From assembly GCA_938040655.1 (NCBI GenBank), contig CALHZK010000011.1:2336-66335 (forward strand): a DNA stretch of 64,000 nt, given 5' to 3'. Every line of letters starts with the position of its first letter. Position 1 is the stretch's first letter. The translations under genes and the position numbers were made by a program. Source of the DNA: an uncultured Candidatus Saccharibacteria bacterium (lineage in GTDB: Bacteria; Patescibacteriota; Saccharimonadia; Saccharimonadales; Saccharimonadaceae). The notes beneath the pieces are model-generated. The model was not told where the DNA came from and did not search any database. It saw nothing but the letters and a program-made list of their open reading frames with translations. Of this stretch, positions 39,348 through 48,652 are shown one piece after another.

Positions 39348-41207
39348 CTACACCCCTCCATAGCCACCAATTGGTGTTTCTGACGGCATCGCTTGGTTGT
39401 AGGCGGGTGAGGTGTTGATTAGGTTGTATTCAGTATCGCTGGCCTGAATCTGAATATGGACATGGTTTTGCCCAGCAAAGAACAGCCCCTGCCCGACTGG
39501 GAAGTTGGCGAGTCGCTTTTGCTCTTCTTCGGTCAGCTTAAAGACGCTCGATAGCACATCGACTGCGGTGGTCGACTGTTTCAAGAGTAGCTGCATTGAC
39601 GAGTTAGCGACGATCGCGCGGCCCATTTTGCTGCCCATAAAGTCTTCGACATCCTGAGTAATGGTCGTCAGGCCCAACTGGTATTTACGGGCGCGCTTGG
39701 CGAGCGAGAAGAGGAAGTTAGCCGAGTCGTCGTAGCGCATCAACTGCCACGCCTCATCGACGATCAGCATCCGCTTTTTTTGGTCTGTGCGGGTAATATT
39801 CCAAATATGATTCAGCACGATATACATGGCGGTCGGCCGCAGTTCGTCTTCTAGGTCACGGATATTAAACACAACCATGTTGTTATTGATGTCAATATTG
39901 CTCTGCTGAGAGAAGATACCGGCAAAGGTTCCAGAGGTAAATTTACGCAGTCGCTGAGCTAGGCTTGGCCCGGTGCCACCCATATGAAGTAGTGTGTCAT
40001 ACAAATCAGAAATTGTCGGTGGCGTCGAGTTATGAGTCAGCGGATCAGAGGTAATCCCAACCCGAGCGTATGTATCAATCAACGCTTGGTCGATATCAGC
40101 CTCCTCAGCCGCTGTCAAGCCGGCAACAAGCTGGCCACTTGAGGTGACCTGTGAACCCCCAAGCATTTGCCGCAGTAGCCCGTGAAGGGTCACCAAATTT
40201 GCTCGCAAAGCATCATCAGCCTCTTCGGTATCGATCACTCGAGGGAGATCAAATGGGTTAATACGGGTGTCGCTATTGAGACTCAGGCGAATATAACTAC
40301 CACCAACCGCATCACACAGCCGTTGATACTCGTTTTCTGGGTCAATGATGACAATATCAGCACCTGTCATCATGCTGCGCAGCGCCTCAAGCTTCACGGT
40401 GAATGATTTACCAGCACCAGATTTTGCGAATACCACCATATTAGCATTCTCAAGTGAAAACCGGTCAAAAATCACCAGGCCATTATTGTGCATGTTGATG
40501 CCATAGAGAACTCCTTTGCCATCAGTCAAGTCAGCTGAGGTGAAAGGAAATGAAGTAGAGATCGCTCCAGTGTTCATGTTGCGACGGATCTGCAACTGGT
40601 CGGTCAGCTGAGGGATCGTGCTATTCAACCCCTGCTCTTGCTGGCTCGACGCCACCTTGCTAAAGATCAGTTGCTGGCCAAAAATCGTCTCAATCTTGTG
40701 CTGGATAAAGTTGAGCTCGTCAATACTATCAGCATACAGCGTAATATACAGGCCATAGCGGAAGAATTTCTCGGCACCGATCTGTAGTTGATTACGCAGT
40801 TCTTCAGCATCCTGTAGCGCCGCTTCCATGCCAGGGTCACGGACACGGCCCTTCTCGGCGTTGATGTTGAGGCTTGCCTCTAGCTGAGTAACCTTTTTGC
40901 GCAAATTATTCAAAACAGTCTGAGTGTCGACCGGGTAAATAAACATGCTAATATCAAGCACTTCATCGATATTGATCACTGAGCTTAGCCAGCCGGTATA
41001 TATCTCACGCGGGTAGCCATAGACATACATGGTGCGGCCATATTTGCTACCGAGGCGAAAATGGCTAGAATGTAGCTCAATGCTACTAGGAGCAATAAAG
41101 TCGCGCAGCGTTCGTACACCGGTCAAAAACGCTTGCTCAACTTCAGCTTGCTCGCGTGCTCGTTGCTGTGCGGCGATATCTACCGCATCCATCTTCTTTC
41201 GTGCCAT
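39348..41207 (-). CDS. virB4: VirB4/TrsE-family type IV secretion ATPase
   Basis: Walker A KSGAGKSFT, Walker B LIVDEAWQL (the DEAW motif typical of VirB4), and an N-terminal region laid out as in monoderm VirB4 proteins. Confidence 0.85.
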   Translation of the reverse strand: MARKKMDAVDIAAQQRAREQAEVEQAFLTGVRTLRDFIAPSSIELHSSHFRLGSKYGRTMYVYGYPREIYTGWLSSVINIDEVLDISMFIYPVDTQTVLNNLRKKVTQLEASLNINAEKGRVRDPGMEAALQDAEELRNQLQIGAEKFFRYGLYITLYADSIDELNFIQHKIETIFGQQLIFSKVASSQQEQGLNSTIPQLTDQLQIRRNMNTGAISTSFPFTSADLTDGKGVLYGINMHNNGLVIFDRFSLENANMVVFAKSGAGKSFTVKLEALRSMMTGADIVIIDPENEYQRLCDAVGGSYIRLSLNSDTRINPFDLPRVIDTEEADDALRANLVTLHGLLRQMLGGSQVTSSGQLVAGLTAAEEADIDQALIDTYARVGITSDPLTHNSTPPTISDLYDTLLHMGGTGPSLAQRLRKFTSGTFAGIFSQQSNIDINNNMVVFNIRDLEDELRPTAMYIVLNHIWNITRTDQKKRMLIVDEAWQLMRYDDSANFLFSLAKRARKYQLGLTTITQDVEDFMGSKMGRAIVANSSMQLLLKQSTTAVDVLSSVFKLTEEEQKRLANFPVGQGLFFAGQNHVHIQIQASDTEYNLINTSPAYNQAMPSETPIGGYGGV

Positions 41208-42127
41208 TATTGCTGCTCCTTCCCGTATGGTGATTGCCCAGTACCCTTGCGGACATAGGTTGATGTCAGATCACTCGGGTTGATAGACATTGGCTCACGT
41301 GGTGCGGTATCAGGGTTGTACGAGGTATAAAATAGCTCACCAAGCTGTTTGGTGCTGAGCTGGCTGCTCTTGATGCCCATCTGAAACAGACCGCTCATCA
41401 CTGAGTCGATACGGTTTTTTATCTCATCTTTGGCTTTTTCGTAGGTGACTTGGTCGACTCGGGTGACTGTGGTTTCTTTCTTCCCGCTGAAGAAACTGTC
41501 GAATAACCCCTTAGCCTGCTGCTTGATAACGTTGAGATCGCCTGTCGGATAATACGGTACGACGATATAAAAACTTTTATCCATAATGTTAGCTTCTTGC
41601 GCCAGAATATCGATAAAGTTCATATAGTCATCAATCAGCACATTCAGCAGCATATTATCTTGCCCCCGGCGAATTGCCGCCAAGCGATCAAGGTACGGCC
41701 CGATATCAACCCGGCGCGACCGGACCAACACCTGCACCGGAAAATACAATGAATTTAAGAAGTTCTGGTAGCTATATTCAATACCCTCACGCTCTCGCGA
41801 GCTCATCAAGTCGAAGTTGATGGATTCGCACTCGACCACCGCGCGAAAACTACCATCATTCATGACGATCATATTCTCGCGCATCTCAGAAAATAATAGC
41901 GAATTTTGAGTAGTGATGGGCCCCTTTTGTTTTTTGTCAGCCTCCTCAGTCGACTGATTTGGTTGATTGACTGGTGGCTGGCCTGGTAGCTGATCGTTTT
42001 GCTGATCCCCGGTTGGATACTGGGGCTGAGGCTGCTGTGGCTGACCCGGCATCAAACGAGCATCAGCTGCCGACATAACCGGCAGTTGCTCGCGACCATA
42101 GAGTGATTGCTGATTCGTAGGTTGCAT
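41207..42127 (-). CDS. hypothetical protein with Gln/Pro-rich N-terminus, translationally coupled to virB4
   Basis: 306 aa. Its TAA stop and the virB4 ATG share one nucleotide (TAATG). The globular part loosely echoes the layout of the VirB4 N-domain but has no P-loop. Confidence 0.5.
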   Translation of the reverse strand: MQPTNQQSLYGREQLPVMSAADARLMPGQPQQPQPQYPTGDQQNDQLPGQPPVNQPNQSTEEADKKQKGPITTQNSLLFSEMRENMIVMNDGSFRAVVECESINFDLMSSREREGIEYSYQNFLNSLYFPVQVLVRSRRVDIGPYLDRLAAIRRGQDNMLLNVLIDDYMNFIDILAQEANIMDKSFYIVVPYYPTGDLNVIKQQAKGLFDSFFSGKKETTVTRVDQVTYEKAKDEIKNRIDSVMSGLFQMGIKSSQLSTKQLGELFYTSYNPDTAPREPMSINPSDLTSTYVRKGTGQSPYGKEQQ

Positions 42128-42136
42128 AAGCGTTAT

Positions 42137-43048
42137 TTATCGTAATGGAATTACGATCTCGTCCTCCTCTTTTTTGATGCGCTTCGCCTCTCGCTGGAGC
42201 GACTCAACCGAGCGATCGCTGTGATTGCGTGCTAAATCCATTATAGCAGGTGAAACAGCTTGTTGACGAATAGATTTTTGATTACCTGGCCGAATATCAC
42301 TGATAGGCTGCAAAACAGCTTGCCGCATTGTTGGGTATGGGTCTATCTGCAATTTTGGCTCTGGCTCCTCTGTTGTGGCTGGCTGGCTCGACTTCTTTGG
42401 CGCACTGGCCTGGCGATTGTCAGCTACGTTTGGCTGCGGTTGAGGTGTGCCTGCACTACTACCGTGCTTCATCTTCTCGATCATCTCTTGCCGGCGCTTC
42501 ATGTCAGCCTTGTTGATCAGGCTATCGATCTGCCGCGATGTCGAGTTATTATCGTCCAGCATGTCATTGACGTTTTGTGCCTCATTATAAATCTCCACCT
42601 GCATCGAACTATTCGGGCTGTTGACGCCTCGCACCGACCACCCTCGACTATCAACCAGATTTGCCAAGTAGGACAACCGCCGCTGCACTTCTGCCTGGTC
42701 ATACCCCTTACCGTACTGGCGCTCCTCAACCTTCGGCGCAACCACCTCGACCATCGTCTCGATACCGTCAGAGTACCACAACCGCCGTTTTGGCTTGACG
42801 ATGAAGGAAATCACCGCTGCGAGATACACCTCCATCGGCTGATCTTTGCGAAGTGGGAGTGCCAACGCGGCAAAAAACAGCGCAATCGGCAGCGGGATAA
42901 TCGCCAGTGGCAAAAATATCTGAGATAGCATATAAGCAAGCCCAAGCATCATCACCATGATGAGCAAGAAAATAAACTGCTTGAAGCTAAACGGCCCTAA
43001 TAGCTTATCGTCCGCTTCGACGTCTTGAGGAACTTTGTATACAGCCAT
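42137..43048 (-). CDS. PrgI-family (VirB3-like) membrane protein with long C-terminal extension
   Basis: The N-terminus MAVYKVPQDVEADDKLLGPFSFKQFIFLL plus two TM helices matches the PrgI/TcpE-type pattern. It sits two genes upstream of virB4. Confidence 0.55.
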   Translation of the reverse strand: MAVYKVPQDVEADDKLLGPFSFKQFIFLLIMVMMLGLAYMLSQIFLPLAIIPLPIALFFAALALPLRKDQPMEVYLAAVISFIVKPKRRLWYSDGIETMVEVVAPKVEERQYGKGYDQAEVQRRLSYLANLVDSRGWSVRGVNSPNSSMQVEIYNEAQNVNDMLDDNNSTSRQIDSLINKADMKRRQEMIEKMKHGSSAGTPQPQPNVADNRQASAPKKSSQPATTEEPEPKLQIDPYPTMRQAVLQPISDIRPGNQKSIRQQAVSPAIMDLARNHSDRSVESLQREAKRIKKEEDEIVIPLR

Positions 43049-43055
43049 TAGTTTT

Positions 43056-43082
43056 ATTATAGCAAAATAAAATTATAAGCAA
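43056..43082 (-). promoter_or_regulatory. extended -10 promoter immediately upstream of the PrgI-like gene (near-leaderless mRNA)
   Basis: The minus strand reads TTGCTT-15 nt-TGCTATAAT. The TATAAT (43056-43061) ends 7 nt before the ATG at 43048, and no Shine-Dalgarno sequence is present. Confidence 0.45.
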
Positions 43083-43115
43083 TTAATATAAAAGCGAATT
43101 TTGATTGATTGGGAG

Positions 43116-45980
43116 CTAATTTTTTCTATTATTTTTAGCTCCTTGTACAGACTTGAGACCCTTATCGATATTTGATTTTTGTTGATCTTCACTTCCTCTA
43201 ATAATCGCTTGGAATTTTTGTCGTTTATCATAACTTATTTCGCCTTGCAGATCAGCGGCAGACAGAACCGCTCGAGCTTGATCGACTGATATATAGTCTG
43301 ATTTTATATTATCACTAATTTGCTGAATAAGTTGTTCAGGGCTAAGCTTGCTGAATGCTTTTCTCATAGCGGCCTTGTCTGAACGTATTTGATCAAGAGT
43401 TTTACCATCTGGATTGTTGTAAATCCACTCGTCGACTGTAACGTCATTATTTTTGAGACCTTTCGCCATACCAGCTTCTTGTTTCACAGCTTCCATTACT
43501 GTTGGATTTGAAAGAGACTCTATATTTATTGTCTCATTAGTTCCTGCAAAAGTAAAACTTTCATCTCCACTACCTATCGCTCGGACAACACTATTGAACG
43601 CATCTTTTCCTGGTTTACCAGTCTTATCGGTTAATAGCTGAGTAGCAGCACGAGCCTTAATAGTATCTCCACTACGTGTTGCTTCAACAAGCGCTTTTTG
43701 GAGACGCCCAAGCTTTTGACTCTCAGGTACCCCTTGTACCAATCCGGCCATAGACTGCTCGACCATCTCCTCTTCCTCACGACGGACAATGCTTTGACCT
43801 ATAGCGGTAGATCTGTTAGCAAAGTTTCGAGCCGATGGAAGATGGCTTGCTACCCTATTAAAACCGCGGCTTGAGGCAGATTTTATATTTCGTGGGTTGA
43901 ATATACCACCTCTTCCACGATATGTACCGGCTTTGATTTGCTCATCTCGAAGTTTACGCTGCTGTTTCATATGTTGACCAAGCCGGCCAAGGCGTGAATT
44001 TTCTCCACGATTACGTGCCCAATTATCTAGCTTACCGCCAATACCACTGACAGCAGCGCCGAATCGACCAGTCGCATTTAGTGCTGACTTCAACAGAGGT
44101 AGTGTTGCAAATAATGGAGCAGTCCTCACCACAAGAGCAACTATATCGCCAAAATTCTTCTCAAGTGAGCTTTGAATAATGAATGCAGCCAGGCCGGACG
44201 CACCATACAAAACGCCAATAATAGGGTACAGCACCAAAAGCGAGAAGAACAAACTTTTCCATTTCTGGAATAACTTCTCGGTATTAGGTAGTAAATAGGC
44301 AGCAAAAGCTACTGGCGATATTGCGATGAGCAGCACAATAAGAGCTTGTCGCCCGATGAGAATTAATGTAATAAACAAGACGGCCATCAATCCCATTGGT
44401 AGCGCAATACCAAGCAGCGCCAATGCGGCAAACAATGCTGCTCCTGCCAAGGCTAAGACGGTGCCGACTGATGCTGCTGTTTGAAATGCAGATATCTGAC
44501 CACCACTCTCAATACTATTAACCCCACCGCCGATTTCAATACCATGGCTAAAGAAGCCATGGAGGTTTTTGCCTAGGATATTTGATACATCAACGGCTAT
44601 CTGACAAAGATAAATTGATATATTAACTAGCAGAGCTATCACTATGAGCCGAGGTAGCATTTTCTTGATACCATAATTACTAATACCAAGGTTTGTGATT
44701 TGAGAATAAATTATTATGATAAAGGCTATAACAAATAAACCATTGGCAATATTACGAAAACTGTCCCAGGCTGTTTTTAGGTTTGAGTCGGCTGTAATCT
44801 TTGGTTGCACTTGAAGGAAATTATCACCAATAAAATTAAAGGCGCCATCCATCAATTTACCCATATAAAGCATAAGTGGACAGATGATATATCCGACACC
44901 CTCTACGTTACAGGTGGTACCATTATTTTCATCGTCTTTTTTATTCTCTGACTTTGATTCTGGATTAATATTAGTCTTTTCTGCATTAAGACCTGCTTCA
45001 CAGGCAGCCTTTTCGTTGCCCGACTTAGAATTACAAATATTTTTGTTTTGAGAACTGTAACCCTGCTTACAGGATTCGAGGTCCTTTCCGGAGAACTTCT
45101 TTTCCGAGCAGAACTTTTCTGCACCTTCTTTTAACATAGCATCTAGATAGCCTTGGGCTGATCTATTAACTTTTTTTGCTGCATCAAAACAACCTATCGA
45201 ATTATTTACGGTGTCTGTATAAATCTCACGATCATAGGGATAAGCATAGTAATTACCATTATCTTTTGACTTCAAAGAGTAATATTTTTTGACTACCTTG
45301 TTACCGTCAACAGCATCAAATGATAAACGAGACTTGGTGTTACTCTTGTCAAACTCATCTTTCGACATAAGTTTACCTGTTGTACAGCCGTTGACGACAA
45401 TACTATGCCATTTGGTGTACTGAACTACAGGGTCTTTCTCGGCTAAAGCGTGGTCATATTTGGTTAATTTTTTCAGAGCATTAAAAAACTTCTGCTTTCG
45501 GTTGTTGGTGTTTTCTTGTGCAAAAGGCTTATCTGAAGAAAAGCAGCCAGCGCCTCCTTCTCTTGTGTAGCCCATGTTACAAAGCAGATCGACTCCATTA
45601 ATACCAAATCGTTGCATTGCTGCTTTTGCAAACTCATTAGAACCGTTATTGCATCCAAGTGTACGAGGAGGGTCTCCCGCTATAAAGGTAGAGTACGTAG
45701 ATATATAACCACCACCACCGTTAAAGAGGTTATTCCCTTTTAGCTTTTCTTCATCGGTGTGATTCCTCATTGCTGTTGCAAAACAATCACCCAGAACACT
45801 GGCATACTCATGAAACCAATACTTATCGTTTGGATTTAAACCATTGTAGTTTGTTTCTGCGCGCGAAGGGGTCGACTGCAGCAAACTGACAACTGGCGAG
45901 ATTAGCAAACCAAGAATAACCACAAACAAGACAAAGTTTTTCTTGAGACTCTTCTTTTGTTGCGTAAGACTAAAAAGCAT
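43116..45980 (-). CDS. 954-aa VirB6/TrbL-like polytopic protein with Cys-rich external N-domain and long cytoplasmic tail
   Basis: Signal peptide, a roughly 370-aa Cys-rich domain, then 6 or so TM helices (residues about 400-640), then a basic/charged tail. The coding sequence is markedly AT-rich. Confidence 0.5.
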   Translation of the reverse strand: MLFSLTQQKKSLKKNFVLFVVILGLLISPVVSLLQSTPSRAETNYNGLNPNDKYWFHEYASVLGDCFATAMRNHTDEEKLKGNNLFNGGGGYISTYSTFIAGDPPRTLGCNNGSNEFAKAAMQRFGINGVDLLCNMGYTREGGAGCFSSDKPFAQENTNNRKQKFFNALKKLTKYDHALAEKDPVVQYTKWHSIVVNGCTTGKLMSKDEFDKSNTKSRLSFDAVDGNKVVKKYYSLKSKDNGNYYAYPYDREIYTDTVNNSIGCFDAAKKVNRSAQGYLDAMLKEGAEKFCSEKKFSGKDLESCKQGYSSQNKNICNSKSGNEKAACEAGLNAEKTNINPESKSENKKDDENNGTTCNVEGVGYIICPLMLYMGKLMDGAFNFIGDNFLQVQPKITADSNLKTAWDSFRNIANGLFVIAFIIIIYSQITNLGISNYGIKKMLPRLIVIALLVNISIYLCQIAVDVSNILGKNLHGFFSHGIEIGGGVNSIESGGQISAFQTAASVGTVLALAGAALFAALALLGIALPMGLMAVLFITLILIGRQALIVLLIAISPVAFAAYLLPNTEKLFQKWKSLFFSLLVLYPIIGVLYGASGLAAFIIQSSLEKNFGDIVALVVRTAPLFATLPLLKSALNATGRFGAAVSGIGGKLDNWARNRGENSRLGRLGQHMKQQRKLRDEQIKAGTYRGRGGIFNPRNIKSASSRGFNRVASHLPSARNFANRSTAIGQSIVRREEEEMVEQSMAGLVQGVPESQKLGRLQKALVEATRSGDTIKARAATQLLTDKTGKPGKDAFNSVVRAIGSGDESFTFAGTNETINIESLSNPTVMEAVKQEAGMAKGLKNNDVTVDEWIYNNPDGKTLDQIRSDKAAMRKAFSKLSPEQLIQQISDNIKSDYISVDQARAVLSAADLQGEISYDKRQKFQAIIRGSEDQQKSNIDKGLKSVQGAKNNRKN

Positions 45981-46033
45981 AAGTACCCCTATTTAATCAC
46001 ATATAGGGGTACTTAGACAAGAAGATAATTTAT

Positions 46034-47287
46034 CTACAGTCTTGGGTCTTGTACAGGTTGTGCAGATACTAGATCTGGGTCTTTGTTTACACCGTCCTCG
46101 CTTGTCGGCAGAGCTACCTCTAATCTATATACACGACCATCACCAAGCTGTACAATGATAATGATGTGAGGAGTCTCTTTCTGTGAAGGCCCGTAAGGCT
46201 TTTGTTCTTCTTCTGTGCTAATAATAGTATATTCATGGAATCTACTACCTTCAGGTACATTTTTTGTATCTTCGGGGCATATTGCACTACGAACACCACC
46301 GTCTAATGTAGGATCTTTATCAAGCCTGTTCCCTTTGTTGTTTACCTCCTGCGTAACTTCACGTACCAATAGAAACCCAGCATCACTAGAAATACCATAG
46401 AAATACTTGGTTGCCCTGCTATCGTCTAGCTCGTTGTTGCAGCCAGGGGTTTCTTGGTTTTCCTTCTGTAGTGATGCCGCAAACCATACACTTCGATCAA
46501 GATCCTTCAAAACTTTATCGGCGATAGTATTCAGGGAGTCATTTGGTGAGATTCTGACTTCTTCGTCAGAGGATAAGTTTGCCCCAACCTTATTAGCTCT
46601 TTCTATGAACTCCTTTCTCATTTTTGCATTCATAACCCAATCACGCCATTTCGCTCTTGCTTCATGAGATTGACTGTTATAGTTGGCTCTGTCGCTTCCT
46701 CCTACCTTCACTGACATACCCTCTAGACTTGTCACAGTTCCTAGAGGCATTGGCTCTCGATATGAATCAAGGCTTTTATGTACTGTTGCGGTTTCGCCGC
46801 CTGGTGTAGGATAGTCGGTCGATGCTGCATCAGGGCTCTCGGTTGAGTCCGCAGAGTCTTCTGGAGACGTTGTAGTTTCCTCTGGGTATGGGCTAGGACT
46901 GAATTCTGTGGTAGTTGTATCCCCTCCTGTTGGTGTCGCCTCACCATTAGCTTGTTCTGTCATACAGCGTGTTATACCTACAAAGCCTGCAAGGGCAAGG
47001 GCAACTGCTGCTAATCCCTTGAAAGCCCCCTTCTTTATAGCTTCACCAGCTGTTCCTTGTTTTCCTTTCCAGAAGTCCCAAGGTTTTTTATCTGGCTGGT
47101 CGCTCCCTGTTTCTGGCGGTGTAAATGTATCTGACGACTGTTTCTCTTGATCACTTGGGTTGTTGTCTGGGTCGTAAGACTTTGACCCTTTTTCTATCTC
47201 AGACATAACGCTTGGGATCCTTTCTCCGGCTGGCCGGATTTGCAATATTTGCCGTAAATTTAGGTACGGGTCGCGTATTGACCCCAA
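46034..47287 (-). CDS. bitopic hypothetical protein with acidic Thr/Ser/Pro-rich stalk
   Basis: The track start is a TTG at 47287, and the ATG at 47206 (MSEIEKG) is equally plausible. It has a single TM segment, an acidic linker and an external globular domain. Confidence 0.5.
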   Translation of the reverse strand: MGSIRDPYLNLRQILQIRPAGERIPSVMSEIEKGSKSYDPDNNPSDQEKQSSDTFTPPETGSDQPDKKPWDFWKGKQGTAGEAIKKGAFKGLAAVALALAGFVGITRCMTEQANGEATPTGGDTTTTEFSPSPYPEETTTSPEDSADSTESPDAASTDYPTPGGETATVHKSLDSYREPMPLGTVTSLEGMSVKVGGSDRANYNSQSHEARAKWRDWVMNAKMRKEFIERANKVGANLSSDEEVRISPNDSLNTIADKVLKDLDRSVWFAASLQKENQETPGCNNELDDSRATKYFYGISSDAGFLLVREVTQEVNNKGNRLDKDPTLDGGVRSAICPEDTKNVPEGSRFHEYTIISTEEEQKPYGPSQKETPHIIIIVQLGDGRVYRLEVALPTSEDGVNKDPDLVSAQPVQDPRL

Positions 47288-47330
47288 TACGGCAGTCAGA
47301 TAATACCATGATTATGAATATGATGCAAAC

Positions 47331-47358
47331 AAAAAACCGCCCTCACGAAAAACGGCGG
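47331..47358 (-). terminator. short GC hairpin plus T-run after tRNA-Asp
   Basis: The minus strand reads CCGCC-12 nt-GGCGG followed by TTTTTTGTTT. Confidence 0.45.
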
Positions 47359-47365
47359 ATAATTA

Positions 47366-47443
47366 TGGCGCGCCCGACCGGATTCGAACCGGCGATCTCC
47401 TCCGTGACAGGGAGGCGTGATAGGCCAACTTCACTACGAGCGC
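47366..47443 (-). tRNA. tRNA-Asp (anticodon GTC), CCA encoded
   Basis: Reverse-complement cloverleaf with acceptor GCGCTCG/CGGGCGC, anticodon stem CCTCC/GGAGG with loop CTGTCAC, and T-loop GGTTCGAATCC. Confidence 0.9.
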
Positions 47444-47492
47444 AAACTACCTCGTATGGTAGCAGAATAGCGGCTGTTTTTCAAGGGAGTGT

Positions 47493-47521
47493 TTGCATTT
47501 TTGTCGCCACTATTTTACAAT
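47493..47521 (+). promoter_or_regulatory. sigma70-type promoter for the pilin-like gene array
   Basis: TTGCAT (47493-47498), a 17-nt spacer, then TACAAT (47516-47521), 18 nt before the ATG at 47540. Confidence 0.55.
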
Positions 47522-47539
47522 TCTGACTAGAGAAAGCTC

Positions 47540-47920
47540 ATGAAAAAAAGAAAGAATAGTCATTTTCTGTATCCGCTTGTTTTTTGCCTATCGGTGGCTG
47601 GGTTTGGTTTGTTTCAGGCAAGGCCAGCCGTGGCGGCTTCTTGCGGCGGGGTACAGACTACAATAGTGAACTGCGAAGGCAAAGGTAAAGACGCGCTTCT
47701 CGATATTATCAAAACAGCCATTAAGCTTTTAACTGCCGGTATCGGTATTCTGGCTGTCGGTGCGGTAGTGTTTGGTGGTATTTTGTACTCATCGGCCGGT
47801 GGATCGGTTGATAATATTCGGCGGGCAAAAAATATTTGGATCAATACAGCAATTGGGCTGATTCTTTTCGCGTCTTTCGTGACTGTTACAAATTTTCTTA
47901 TTCCAGGGGGGATATTTTGA
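47540..47920 (+). CDS. VirB2/TrbC-like T4SS pilin candidate, paralog 1
   Basis: Signal peptide, a Cys pair, then two hydrophobic helices joined by the polar loop GGILYSSAGGSVDNIRRAKN. Confidence 0.6.
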   Translation: MKKRKNSHFLYPLVFCLSVAGFGLFQARPAVAASCGGVQTTIVNCEGKGKDALLDIIKTAIKLLTAGIGILAVGAVVFGGILYSSAGGSVDNIRRAKNIWINTAIGLILFASFVTVTNFLIPGGIF

Positions 47921-48345
47921 TGATCAAGCGCTATATAGTTGCGACGATGGTAATGATTTCGGTAATTACAGGCTCAGCACTGATGGTTTCGCCCTCGGCC
48001 CAGGCGGCGGCAAACTGTCCGAGTGGGCGTATTCTGACGCTGAAGCCGTGGTACGATGGCCTGCTTGACAACAGTTGTGTTGTCAAGAGTCCTGGGACAA
48101 CAACTGAGGAACACTCCAAATTTATTTGGACAATCGTCCTTAATGTAATTGATGATTTGTTTCAGGTTATTGGCTATATTGCGACTGGATTTATTATCTA
48201 CGGTGGCTTTTTATTCATGACAACCAGTGGCGATCCGGCGAGGGCTGCCCAGGCGAGGAAGACACTTCTCTATGCGGTGATTGGTGTGGTGATTGCTATT
48301 GCCTCGGTTGGGGTGATTAATCTTGTGTCAGGGGCGGTCTTATGA
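47920..48345 (+). CDS. VirB2/TrbC-like T4SS pilin candidate, paralog 2
   Basis: Start taken at ATG 47920, which overlaps the upstream TGA by 1 nt. Signal peptide, a Cys pair, and the loop GGFLFMTTSGDPARAAQARK between two TM helices. Confidence 0.6.
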   Translation: MIKRYIVATMVMISVITGSALMVSPSAQAAANCPSGRILTLKPWYDGLLDNSCVVKSPGTTTEEHSKFIWTIVLNVIDDLFQVIGYIATGFIIYGGFLFMTTSGDPARAAQARKTLLYAVIGVVIAIASVGVINLVSGAVL

Positions 48346-48647
48346 TGGTCGCATATATTTATTATATTTCGGCTCAGTTGTTTAAAGGAACAAAACCGGA
48401 TGATCTAGGGATTCCGGCTGAAAAAAATGTCAATTCACAGGTAGCAAGTATCCTCAACCTCGTGTATGCGATCGCTGGTATTGTTGCAGTGATTGTTATT
48501 ATTATTGCAGGTATTCAATATTCCCTGTCGACTGGTAATTCTCAGAAGGTATCGAAAGCAAAGGACGCGATAATTTATTCGATGGTTGGTCTGGTTGTTG
48601 TCGCCAGCGCTTTTGCTATCACCAACTTTATTTTAGGGAGGATATAA
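48342..48647 (+). CDS. VirB2/TrbC-like pilin candidate, paralog 3 (no obvious signal peptide)
   Basis: ATGA overlap with the upstream gene. The loop AGIQYSLSTGNSQKVSKAKD lies between two TM helices. Confidence 0.55.
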   Translation: MMVAYIYYISAQLFKGTKPDDLGIPAEKNVNSQVASILNLVYAIAGIVAVIVIIIAGIQYSLSTGNSQKVSKAKDAIIYSMVGLVVVASAFAITNFILGRI

Positions 48648-48652
48648 TCACG

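Noticed and set aside
43049-47443. Classical integrative element (ICE or prophage) inserted at tRNA-Asp
   Set aside because: No integrase, excisionase or relaxase ORF is present. I could not find a partial direct repeat of the tRNA-Asp 3' end at the left boundaries (around 43.05 kb or 33.6 kb). Only the compositional shift remains, and it is reported as a finding.
47212-47526. 104-aa + strand ORF over tRNA-Asp
   Set aside because: It is translated from the complement of tRNA-Asp and its terminator, with no coding signal of its own.
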